The position numbers and the translations under genes were made by a program. Below, in pieces: positions 28,821 to 37,675 of a DNA stretch of 64,000 nt; position 1 is the first letter of the stretch, and each line of letters opens with the position of its first letter. Location of the stretch: assembly GCA_051003195.1 (NCBI GenBank), contig JBPCLP010000021.1:1-64000 (forward strand), given 5' to 3'. The notes under the pieces were generated by a model. It ran no database searches. It was not told the DNA's origin and saw only the letters and a list, made by a program, of their open reading frames with translations. Source of the DNA: Candidatus Sumerlaeaceae bacterium. Lineage in GTDB: Bacteria; Sumerlaeota; Sumerlaeia; Sumerlaeales; Sumerlaeaceae.

Positions 28821-30008
28821 TTAAACCGGAAGGATGCGGATGAGCGCGAGAACGACGGCAGTCACGACCACAAAGCCGAGTCCAGCGGCGATGAGCGGTT
28901 TGCTGCCGATTTTCTTAAACATGTCGAACTTCGTCTCAAGGCCAGCTCCTGCCATGCTGACAACGACGCAGAGCGTCGAAAGATCGCGGCAGAAATTCGC
29001 GAGGTTGAGGTTTCGGTCTCCCGAACCCAATGGTCCTTCTTTGAGGTGAAAGGTCATTTCCGGAAGAAAGCCCATGGTGCGAAGCAGGACTACCGCAAAC
29101 AACCCGATGACGAACGTCGGGATAAGGCCAAGGTAGTTGATCTTTTTTTTGCCGTGAACCTGAGGCCCGGTGGTCAGTTCCTTTTGACGCGCGAACCACA
29201 GTCCCAGCAGGAACACCACAGGAGCCAGCAGGCACACACGCGCCAGCTTGACGATAGTCGCTGTTTCACCGGCTTCCTGGCTGAAGCTAAATCCTGCAGC
29301 CACGACCTGCGGGGTCTGGTACAACGTAAGTCCGCTCCATAAGCCATAGGAGCGATCGTGCATTTGGAGCAGGTGCCCGATAAAAGGATATAGCAGCATG
29401 GCGATTGTGCCCAGCAGGCTGACCACCGCGACGCTGAATACGACGTCCTCTTCTTTCGCGTCAATAACCGGCGCCGTTGCGAGGATGGCAGAGCCGCCGC
29501 AAACACCCGTCCCGACACCCAGAAGCACCGCGAGTTTTTTGCTTAATCCAAAGTGTTTGCCCAGAGCAATAAGTACAAACATCGCCAGCGCGATTTCCAC
29601 GACGCTCAGCAGAATACCCGCGGCGCCGACGTGCACCAGGTCCGCCATGTTGAGCCGCGCACCGAGAAGGATGATGCCGACGGGCAGCACCTTTTTGACG
29701 GCGAACTTGATGCCGGGTTGCAGGTAGCTGGGAACTCGAACGAAATTGCCGATGATCATGCCGAGAAGAATCGCGATGCCCGCGGAGTCGAGTGGGTGGC
29801 GGCCGCTGCCGACGGTGAAAGGCCACACAGGAGCTTCGCTCAACCACATCGCCGTAAGCGCAACAACGGTGGTGGCTAGTAAACCAAGCGCGATGCCCGG
29901 CCTGCGCCCGACTTTGTGGGTCGAGGGCACGCTGACAATGTCCCCGGCCTCCATGTAAATCATGTATTCGGCCCAGGAGTGCTCGTCGCCTTTGGGAGCG
30001 GAACTCAT
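28821..30008 (-). CDS. YeiH/UPF0324 putative sulfate exporter family transporter
   Basis: Motifs AILLGM, GIILLGARL, GTGVCGGSAILATAP, QVVAAG and VKLARV. Confidence 0.85.
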   Translation of the reverse strand: MSSAPKGDEHSWAEYMIYMEAGDIVSVPSTHKVGRRPGIALGLLATTVVALTAMWLSEAPVWPFTVGSGRHPLDSAGIAILLGMIIGNFVRVPSYLQPGIKFAVKKVLPVGIILLGARLNMADLVHVGAAGILLSVVEIALAMFVLIALGKHFGLSKKLAVLLGVGTGVCGGSAILATAPVIDAKEEDVVFSVAVVSLLGTIAMLLYPFIGHLLQMHDRSYGLWSGLTLYQTPQVVAAGFSFSQEAGETATIVKLARVCLLAPVVFLLGLWFARQKELTTGPQVHGKKKINYLGLIPTFVIGLFAVVLLRTMGFLPEMTFHLKEGPLGSGDRNLNLANFCRDLSTLCVVVSMAGAGLETKFDMFKKIGSKPLIAAGLGFVVVTAVVLALIRILPV

Positions 30009-30206
30009 CAGGTGTTTACCTTTGGATTAATCAGAGGAAGTACAGTTGGCCGTGCGCGGCAAACGCAATCGGATTCGCGCGCAACGCCTTGATTATTAAG
30101 GAGCTGAGGGTTTTGGCGGCGTAAATTAACGAGTAGATAAATGGTCAATTGCGACGCGACAAAAAAGCATTGCATGGCTATGACCGGCAAACGCATCAAA
30201 TGCAGG

Positions 30207-30950
30207 ATGTCCGGGTTCACCGTAACGGTGCGACGCTTCGCTCCTCAAACTGATAGTTCTGCATACTACGAGCAGCATCATGTTGAACTGGCTGAGCGTG
30301 CGAGCGTACTCGACGCCCTGTTTGCGATTCAACGCACCACCGCCCCCGACCTCGCGTTTCGCTTCTCATGCCGCGTGGGTATGTGCGGCTCGTGCGCGAT
30401 GGTGGTGAATGGTCGCGAGACGCTTACCTGCAGTACGCTGGCGAAGCAATTTGGCGATAAGCTGAAGATTGAACCGATGCGCAATATGCCGGTAGCGCGT
30501 GACCTTGCCGTGGACATGGAGCCGTTTTTTTCAGCGTACAAACGCTCCCTTCCGTATTTCATTCCACGCGCAGACCTGCACGATTTCTTCCCGATTCCGC
30601 ACGGCAGCCCCGAGTGGCAGGCGATGGATCATCAGCCCCAGTGCATCGACTGCGGTGCATGCTACTCTTCGTGCACGGTCGTTAGTGCAAGCAGCCGCTA
30701 TCTCGGCCCGATGCAATTGCACCGCGCTCTGAACCTGATTACCGATCCTCGTGACGGCGAGCGCGCCGAACGGATGCGCGTGATCGAAAGTGAAGCCGGG
30801 GCCTTCCGATGCCACACACTTGGCAATTGCCGCGAAGCATGCCCGCGCGGAATTTCGCCCACGGCGAGCATTGCACGGCTTAAACGGCTGGCGTTCTCGC
30901 ACCAGCTGCGGCAGTTTTTCGCGCGGTTACTGCCCGGCACGCGCTTATGA
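30207..30950 (+). CDS. Succinate dehydrogenase/fumarate reductase family iron-sulfur subunit (SdhB-like)
   Basis: SCRVGMCGSC...C (2Fe-2S), CIDCGACYSSC and CHTLGNCREACP. Start MSGFTV at 30207. Confidence 0.9.
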   Translation: MSGFTVTVRRFAPQTDSSAYYEQHHVELAERASVLDALFAIQRTTAPDLAFRFSCRVGMCGSCAMVVNGRETLTCSTLAKQFGDKLKIEPMRNMPVARDLAVDMEPFFSAYKRSLPYFIPRADLHDFFPIPHGSPEWQAMDHQPQCIDCGACYSSCTVVSASSRYLGPMQLHRALNLITDPRDGERAERMRVIESEAGAFRCHTLGNCREACPRGISPTASIARLKRLAFSHQLRQFFARLLPGTRL

Positions 30951-32659
30951 CGGAAGAGCTGAAGACCGACATCCTGATTCTTGGCAGCGGAGGAGCAGGA
31001 ATGCTTGCCGCGCTGCACGCATACTGGATGAACCCCGAACTCGACATCACTCTCGTCACGAAGGGAATGCTGGGCAAAACCGGCTGCACGCGCATGGTGC
31101 AGGGCGGATATAATGTTGTGCTCAACCCTTCCGATTCGCTGCAGGCGCACTTCGAAGACACGGTCACAGGCGGGGGGTTTCTCAACGACCAGGAGCTTGC
31201 ATGGACACTTGTCGAGGATGCACCGAAGATCGTGCTGGAACTGGAAAACCGGATCGGGTGCCTTTTCGACCGCTTACCAAATGGAAGGATCCACCAAAAG
31301 GCGTTCGCCGGCCAGACGTTCGACCGTACGGTGCACAAAGGCGACCTTACCGGCATCGAAATTATCGCCCGTCTACGCGACCAGGTGTTCCGTTCCGGCA
31401 TTCGCTGCATTGATGAAACACGCGGGTTGGAACTTCTGACCACAAAGGACGGCCAGCGCGTTGCCGGCGCGCTCCTGCTGAATATGCGCCACGGCACCTA
31501 CCTGATATTGCGCGCCAAAGCCACCATCATGGCGATGGGCGCGGGTCCACTGATGTATCAACGCGCTGCCTGCGCACAGGAAAAATCTTCGGACGGCATT
31601 GCGATGGCATTCCGTGCCGGCGCTCGCCTGATGGACATGGAGATGGTACAATTTCATCCCACAGGATTAGTGGTGCCGGGTTCCCGGTTAAATGGCGCGC
31701 TGCTCGAGGAGGGATTACGTGGCGCCGGCGCACACCTGTTCAATGGCCTCGGGGAACGCTACATGGGCACTTACGACCCCGAGCGGTGGGAGCGTTCCAC
31801 GCGCGACCGCGTTTCGCGCGCCGGCTACATGGAGATCCAGGAAGGGCGTGGCACGCCGGATGGCGGCGTTTTCATTGACGTGACCCACCTCGGTGCCGAG
31901 TTCGTCGAGAAGAATTTCGAGGGCATGCGCGACCGCTGCCTTCGGATCGGGTTCGACCTTGCGCGTGAACGCGTGGAAGTCGCGCCAACCGCGCATTTCA
32001 ATATGGGCGGAATTCGCATCGACCGCGATTGCTTCACAAACCTGGAGGGCCTGTTCGCGGCAGGTGAAGATGCGAGCGGAGTTCACGGTGCGAACCGACT
32101 CGGTGGCAACGGAGTCGCGGAGTCGACCGTCTTCGGCGCGCGGGCCGGTGAAAGCGCGGCGAACTGGGTGACGTCACAATCTCATGCCGAACTACAGCCC
32201 GATCAGGTTGCGCAGGCCCGAGCTTTCGCCGAAGCTTTGCTGGGGAAGCGCGCCGTCGGCGAAAATCCGTTCGTGCTGCGAGACGAGTTCGGCAAGATCA
32301 TGTGGGATAATGTCGGCATCGTCCGCAGTGGCGAGAAACTAAACTCCGCGTTACACAGCATCGGCGAACTTAAAAAACGCGCGCAGAACTTCGCTGCTCC
32401 CGGCGCCCGCGAATTCAACCTCGGCTGGCAGCAGGCACTCGATATCCACAGCATGCTGACCGCAGCCGAGCTTATTGCCCGAGGCGCCCTGGCCCGCGAG
32501 GACAGCCGGGGTGCTCACTACCGAACCGACTTTCCGGAAACGGACAACGACAATTGGCTGAAGAACATCTACCTGCAGCGCGATGGTGAAAGCATCAAGG
32601 AGTGGGCTGAAACCGTAAAGCTGACGAAGCTCCAACCGCAGGTGCCCAGCGCGCGTTGA
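30947..32659 (+). CDS. Succinate dehydrogenase/fumarate reductase family flavoprotein (divergent SdhA/FrdA-like)
   Basis: Motifs GSGGAG, QFHPTG, STRD, AHFNMGG, HGANRLGGN and DSRGAHYRTDFP; ATGA overlap with the Fe-S gene. Confidence 0.9.
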   Translation: MTEELKTDILILGSGGAGMLAALHAYWMNPELDITLVTKGMLGKTGCTRMVQGGYNVVLNPSDSLQAHFEDTVTGGGFLNDQELAWTLVEDAPKIVLELENRIGCLFDRLPNGRIHQKAFAGQTFDRTVHKGDLTGIEIIARLRDQVFRSGIRCIDETRGLELLTTKDGQRVAGALLLNMRHGTYLILRAKATIMAMGAGPLMYQRAACAQEKSSDGIAMAFRAGARLMDMEMVQFHPTGLVVPGSRLNGALLEEGLRGAGAHLFNGLGERYMGTYDPERWERSTRDRVSRAGYMEIQEGRGTPDGGVFIDVTHLGAEFVEKNFEGMRDRCLRIGFDLARERVEVAPTAHFNMGGIRIDRDCFTNLEGLFAAGEDASGVHGANRLGGNGVAESTVFGARAGESAANWVTSQSHAELQPDQVAQARAFAEALLGKRAVGENPFVLRDEFGKIMWDNVGIVRSGEKLNSALHSIGELKKRAQNFAAPGAREFNLGWQQALDIHSMLTAAELIARGALAREDSRGAHYRTDFPETDNDNWLKNIYLQRDGESIKEWAETVKLTKLQPQVPSAR

Positions 32660-32694
32660 CGCAAATTATTTTTTCTGTCGCCGCGCTCAATCTT

Positions 32695-33180
32695 TTACGA
32701 AGCACCCCTTCCGGGCCACCATCGCCCGACGCGCCTGCTATAGACCTCATACTCGGCGCCGAATGTTCGTCGCAGCACCGGCTCCTCATAGAACCGCACA
32801 AACAGGTGCGTCGTAAGCAGAAAAACCGCGGCATACACCAGAAGGGGCAATGACCCGTAAAACAACGCCGCGCCCGCCATCGCGAATGTTGCACCGAGAT
32901 ACATCGGGTTACGCACGATGCGATATGGGCCTCGGATCACCAGTCGCCGCGGAGGATCGAACGGTGCGGGAGTTCCATTTCCCAGCGTCGCGAAAGTCCC
33001 TATGCACCACAGCGCGATGGCCGCGCCTCCCGCCGTAATCACCATGCCTGCGATCTGTGGCAATGCAATAGCTTGCGGTCTGACCGCTCCCGACCACGAC
33101 AAGAGCCGCGCGGGAAAAAATACCAGCACGAACCCGATGAACAGCGCGGCGTAGGTAACGACGCGCAGTAGTAAGAACAT
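32695..33180 (-). CDS. Isoprenylcysteine carboxyl methyltransferase/PEMT family membrane protein
   Basis: Motifs GTPAPFDPPRRLVIRGPYRIVRNPMY and EEPVLRRTFGAEY. Confidence 0.85.
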   Translation of the reverse strand: MFLLLRVVTYAALFIGFVLVFFPARLLSWSGAVRPQAIALPQIAGMVITAGGAAIALWCIGTFATLGNGTPAPFDPPRRLVIRGPYRIVRNPMYLGATFAMAGAALFYGSLPLLVYAAVFLLTTHLFVRFYEEPVLRRTFGAEYEVYSRRVGRWWPGRGAS

Positions 33181-33237
33181 GGATCTGCTTTTCAGAGTCT
33201 GACGCCGAAGTCACGCGAGATTTGCCGCCCGTTCCTG

Positions 33238-33331
33238 GTGTGCCGTCCCAGAAGTTCATAGCTATACTTCAGGAAGCTTTCGAGCTCGGGCGGCACACAA
33301 AACCAGTGAACGAATTAATGGGACACCACAC
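33238..33331. repeat. Dispersed ~90-bp hairpin repeat, copy 1
   Basis: GTGTGCCGTCCCAGA...CGGCACAC...GTGAACGAATTAATGGGACACCACAC, near-identical to 37514-37597. Confidence 0.85.
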
Positions 33332-33470
33332 TGGAATTCCGAATTTCTTATCGATATTGGATACCTAAGCTAGAGCGGTCTACCGTTAGTTCGTAATCAG
33401 TTCTGTGTGCCGAATCGAGGTCGAGTCTGCCGTTTGGGCTGGTAAGGTACCACGGATTCGGCACACTGGA

Positions 33471-34430
33471 ATGGCTACGTATCTCGTAACGCGCTGGGGT
33501 GAGAGCCTGGAGAATCCGGAAGATCCACAATTGCGCGCAGCAATTGCGGAACTGGACGCGGACGATCCTGAACATCCCGACTGCTGGTTATCCGACGATG
33601 CCGGCTGGACACTTTCCGCTGTTCAGGGTGGAAGCGTCGTGCTGGAAAACGTGGAAACGGGCGAAGGACCCTGGCACCTGCCGCATGCCAGCCATGATGA
33701 CGTGTTGAACTTGTGGCGTGCTCTTCGGGCGGGGGAACTCGAAGACATCCTCAATCGAAGGTGGTTAGGCGGGGAAGCGATGTACCCCGAACCCTCGCAG
33801 CAGGAGCAGCCGCCGGATGACTTCATCGTTCTCGAAAGGCCGGCGGACAACACGACGCCGGCACGCTTGCTCATAAGGACAGGCAGTGCCATAGTCATTG
33901 CCGCCGCGCTTGTTATCATGGGGCAGTTTGCCTCGTCCCTGCAATGGGGTGTTACATACGGCATCCTCGAAAGCGCAGAGCTGAGCGGCGTCGATATGAA
34001 GGGTCGCGTTTCCTCGCACGGCGGTACACGTGAAGTTGTGTGGCGAAACTATCACCCGGAGGTCGAGTACACGTACCGCGTATCGGGAAATGAGTATTCC
34101 GGCAGCAGCTATGCCGTCGGAAATGTGGATGCGCAGGAGGCCTTAACGCGTCAGCGGGTAGAGAGCCTTAAATCGGCTTACGCCGCTGCAAACCAGATCA
34201 AAATCCATTACCGTCGATCCAATCCGGAAATAAGTGCCATCAAGCTGGCCTTTTCGCTGTTGAGCGTTACAGGAGTTTTGCTCGGGGCCGCCCTTGCCGT
34301 GTTCGGTGTTGCGTTGCGGCAGACAACTAAATTCCGCACCGCGGCGGTCACGGCCTTTGCGCTCGCGTGCACCGGCGCCACTATAGTTACCATCGTCCTG
34401 TGGCTGGGGGGTCACGCAATCGAGTTGTAG
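33471..34430 (+). CDS. Apparent fusion of a small acidic hypothetical domain with a DUF3592 membrane domain
   Basis: N-terminal YLVTRWG...EHPDCWL domain; internal ATG at 33780; YHPEVEYTYRVSGNEY...HYRRSNPE is DUF3592-like. Confidence 0.6.
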   Translation: MATYLVTRWGESLENPEDPQLRAAIAELDADDPEHPDCWLSDDAGWTLSAVQGGSVVLENVETGEGPWHLPHASHDDVLNLWRALRAGELEDILNRRWLGGEAMYPEPSQQEQPPDDFIVLERPADNTTPARLLIRTGSAIVIAAALVIMGQFASSLQWGVTYGILESAELSGVDMKGRVSSHGGTREVVWRNYHPEVEYTYRVSGNEYSGSSYAVGNVDAQEALTRQRVESLKSAYAAANQIKIHYRRSNPEISAIKLAFSLLSVTGVLLGAALAVFGVALRQTTKFRTAAVTAFALACTGATIVTIVLWLGGHAIEL

Positions 34431-34573
34431 CGAATAACGTGATGGATCACGTCGACCGTGATCCTTATCCTGGACCTCCCCGAATTTGAGGGGCCAGTAT
34501 GGGGTTCAAATGGGAGGTGCGTTTGCGTGTTAGGCTTGCCTCCGGTGATTTCGTAAAGCATCAAGACCATGCT

Positions 34574-35815
34574 ATGATTCGCTCGGGGTTGAAACCGCTC
34601 ACGGTCGCTCTGCTGCTGGTGACGTGCGTCGCGAGTGCCGAAATCGCCAGGTTTTCGCGCACGATACATGGAACACCCGCGCCGGCGCAGCAGATCGCCC
34701 GCAACCGTTTCCTGGAAATAACGAAGCCCCTCGCCAGGGCGAAGAGCTGCGTGATGGAAATCGTGAGCACGGCGACAGTGCTGCGCGACGGCAGGGAAGA
34801 AACACAACTGGCGCACGGGTGGCTCTATTATCAGCCGCCCGACCGAATGCGCTGGGTGCAGCAATCGAGCGAATCGACGGTGACGCTGATCCGCGCGGGC
34901 GACCAGATGCTGAGCATCGCGCCGCTGCTTAAGGTTCACGCCCAGGACAAGGCCACGCGCCCGCTGGTGGCTGACGTGCAGGAGGTGCTTGGGCCGATCC
35001 ATCCTGCGTTGCCACTGCTGTTCGAGCGCATGCTCGATGACTCCACGATGCAGAAGTTTTTCGAGAGGTTTGAGCAGGCGCCAGGGGACGTGGTGAGTCG
35101 CATTCCAGGCCCGTGTTTTATCGGGCGCAAGGTAGACAGCATCACTTGGATCTATTCCGACAATCGCGCCTATGGACTTCCGGTGCTGATCGAGACACGA
35201 CCGGACGAGCTGAGGCAGCCGACCAGTGAAACAGCCATTCGCTGGCTGCTGGATTCGCCAATTCCCGATACGGCCTTCGCAATCGAGATCCCGCCACTGA
35301 GTCGCATGGTGGGGAAGCTGCCGCCGCAGGTGGTGCGCATCCCAACAGGCGTTGGCTCTGCGCAGTTCGAAGATACCCGCACCGCAAGTGCTGGCGGACG
35401 CGGGTCACTGGGGGTTGCGCCAAACTTCTCGCTGCCTCTGCACAACGGCGGGAACTTTAACCTTGCGGCGCTTCGCGGCAACGTGGTGGTGCTGGATTTC
35501 TTTGCCACGTGGTGTGGTCCGTGCCGCGCGAACATGCCGCACACTGCGCAACTTACACAGGGGCTTGCGTCGCAGGGGGTGGTGTTCGTTCCAGTCAATG
35601 TGGGTGAAAACGTCGGGGCTGTGCAGAAGTTCCTGTCTGAAACCGGGGTGACGGCGAACGTGGCTATGGACACGGCCGAGACGGTGGCGGCCAGGTATAG
35701 CATCCGCGGGTTTCCCACGTACGTGATTATTGATCGGAACGGCTACATACGCGCCAGCCACGCGGGAGGGAGTGACGCAGTGGCCGGGGAGCTGCGCAGC
35801 GCCATGGCTCGCTAA
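34574..35815 (+). CDS. TlpA-type thiol-disulfide oxidoreductase with N-terminal LolA-like domain
   Basis: Signal peptide; GWLYYQPPDRMRW in the N-domain; C-terminal LDFFATWCGPC and GFPT. Confidence 0.78.
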   Translation: MIRSGLKPLTVALLLVTCVASAEIARFSRTIHGTPAPAQQIARNRFLEITKPLARAKSCVMEIVSTATVLRDGREETQLAHGWLYYQPPDRMRWVQQSSESTVTLIRAGDQMLSIAPLLKVHAQDKATRPLVADVQEVLGPIHPALPLLFERMLDDSTMQKFFERFEQAPGDVVSRIPGPCFIGRKVDSITWIYSDNRAYGLPVLIETRPDELRQPTSETAIRWLLDSPIPDTAFAIEIPPLSRMVGKLPPQVVRIPTGVGSAQFEDTRTASAGGRGSLGVAPNFSLPLHNGGNFNLAALRGNVVVLDFFATWCGPCRANMPHTAQLTQGLASQGVVFVPVNVGENVGAVQKFLSETGVTANVAMDTAETVAARYSIRGFPTYVIIDRNGYIRASHAGGSDAVAGELRSAMAR

Positions 35816-35997
35816 AGCCACGCGCCATTCATCGCAGCCACTGTCTCAAACACGATTCTTCCCCTAGAGAATTCCAATAGGTTGTCGCATTAAACTAAGC
35901 CTTGCGCAGCCTCAAACCCGCGTTTTGCATGAATGTTCGACGTCCAGAGGCGTTCCGCGTTTTTGGCAAGAAACCCAACCAAAGGAGAATACAGGTC

Positions 35998-36345
35998 ATG
36001 GTTCCTGCAGGAACTGCTGCGCCCCCGCGACCCGGCAAGAAAGCCGCGGCGCAGAAAAAAGAAACCGCACTGCACTTCGCGGTGCATGGCAAAGAAGACA
36101 TGGTCGGCGTGATGGTTGCCGACGTGAGCGCCGGCCTTGAGTGCGCCGGCTGGAACATGGACACCAATGAGACGATCAAGCTGAAGGCAAACCACGACAT
36201 TCCGCTTGGGCATAAGATAGCCATGCTCGACATCCCGCAGGATAGCACCGTGATCAAATATGGTGTTTCGATTGGCAAGGCGACCTCCGCCATTAAAAAG
36301 GGCGACTGGGTTCACACACATAATCTGAAAACGGCAAGGTGGTAA
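35998..36345 (+). CDS. suyA: Sulfolactate sulfo-lyase small subunit (UxaA N-terminal SAF domain)
   Basis: DIPLGHKIA...KYG...[23 protein letters not shown]; directly upstream of suyB. Confidence 0.85.
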   Translation: MVPAGTAAPPRPGKKAAAQKKETALHFAVHGKEDMVGVMVADVSAGLECAGWNMDTNETIKLKANHDIPLGHKIAMLDIPQDSTVIKYGVSIGKATSAIKKGDWVHTHNLKTARW

Positions 36346-36346
36346 G

Positions 36347-37507
36347 ATGGCCAAGGTAACATTCCAGGGATACCGCCGTGAAAACGGCAAAGTGGGCATC
36401 CGCAACCACGTGGCCATTCTGCCGCTTGATGATCTGTCCAATGCCGCATGCCAGGCCGTGGAGAACAATATTAAAGGCACAATTGCACTGCCGCATGCTT
36501 ATGGCCGACTTCAGTTCGGCGAAGATCTTGAGCTGCTTTTTCGTACGCTGATTGGTACCGGCAGCAATCCCAACATCGCGGCGGTCGTCGTGATCGGCAT
36601 CGAGCCGGACTGGACGCAACACATTGTCGACGGGATCGCCAAGACAGGAAAGCCCGTTGAGGGGCTGGCCATCGAGCGGCACGGCGACATCACGACCATT
36701 GCGGAAGCATCGCGCATTGCGAAGGAGTACGTGCACTGGGCCAGCGAACTCACCCGCGAGACATGCCCTATCGAAGACCTTTACGTCTCGGTAAAGTGCG
36801 GTGAATCCGATACTACATCCGGCCTCGCATCTTGCCCGACGGTTGGTGAAGTGCTGGATCGCCTGCAGGACATGGGAGCGACGATGAGTTTTGGCGAAAC
36901 CTCGGAAATCACTGGTGCGGAAGACATCTGCGCCTCGCGCGCGGCGAACGACAAGGCGCGTGAAGATTACATGCGGATGTTCAACAATTACACGGACATG
37001 ATTACCGCGACCGGTGCGGACCTCCTGGGTTCTCAGCCCACCAAGGGCAACATCCGCGGCGGTTTGACAACCATCGAAGAGAAGGCACTCGGCAATCTGC
37101 AGAAGATCGGCAAGAAGTGCAAGTTTGTGGGATGCCTCGAACCTGCCGAAGCGCCGACGGGCAAGGGCCTCTGGTACATGGATACGTCATCCGCCGCCGC
37201 GGAAGCCGTCACTTTGTGGGCGGCGTCAGGTGCGGTCGTGCACCTGTTCCCTACCGGTCAGGGCAACGTCATCGGCCACCCGATTGAGCCCGTTATCAAG
37301 CTGTCGGCAAACCCGCTCACGTGCGAAACGATGAGCGAGCACATCGACGTCGATGTCTCTGGGCTTCTCCGCCGTGAGATTAATCTCGAGCAGGCGGGCG
37401 ACATGCTTTTCGAAAACATGATCCGCACCTGTAACGGTCGTCTCACGTGTGCCGAAGTTCTTGGCCATCGTGAGTTTGTGATGACGAAGCTGTATCGCAG
37501 CGCCTGA
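36347..37507 (+). CDS. suyB: (2R)-sulfolactate sulfo-lyase large subunit (UxaA family)
   Basis: SuyB-type signatures [42 protein letters not shown] and the C-terminus [14 protein letters not shown]. Confidence 0.88.
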   Translation: MAKVTFQGYRRENGKVGIRNHVAILPLDDLSNAACQAVENNIKGTIALPHAYGRLQFGEDLELLFRTLIGTGSNPNIAAVVVIGIEPDWTQHIVDGIAKTGKPVEGLAIERHGDITTIAEASRIAKEYVHWASELTRETCPIEDLYVSVKCGESDTTSGLASCPTVGEVLDRLQDMGATMSFGETSEITGAEDICASRAANDKAREDYMRMFNNYTDMITATGADLLGSQPTKGNIRGGLTTIEEKALGNLQKIGKKCKFVGCLEPAEAPTGKGLWYMDTSSAAAEAVTLWAASGAVVHLFPTGQGNVIGHPIEPVIKLSANPLTCETMSEHIDVDVSGLLRREINLEQAGDMLFENMIRTCNGRLTCAEVLGHREFVMTKLYRSA

Positions 37508-37513
37508 TCACGA

Positions 37514-37597
37514 GTGTGCCGTCCCAGACGTTCATAGCTATACTTTCGAACTCGGACGGCACAAAAAACCGGTGAACGAATTAATGGGACACCACAC
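37514..37597. repeat. Dispersed ~90-bp hairpin repeat, copy 2
   Basis: Direct repeat of 33238-33331 with a 10-nt internal deletion; begins a few nt after the suyB stop. Confidence 0.85.
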
Positions 37598-37675
37598 CAA
37601 GCATCTCTGAAAATCCCGCGACATCTTCGTCGCGGGATTTTATTTTATGATATCCGTAATTCTCGTGGTTCCAGG

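Noticed and set aside
28602..29342. 246-aa plus-strand ORF
   Set aside because: It is made of the tandem repeat plus the antisense of the YeiH gene.
30207..32659. Plain housekeeping sdhAB, or nadB, annotation
   Set aside because: B-before-A gene order, no adjacent anchor, Cys at the FAD His, EEG in place of TEG, and the sulfonate context argue against plain sdhAB. The Fe-S partner argues against NadB. Not fully excluded.
35998..37507. Altronate/galactarate dehydratase (uxaA/garD)
   Set aside because: The split two-gene form with HAYGRLQFG and KLYRSA signatures fits SuyAB, and no hexuronate genes are nearby.
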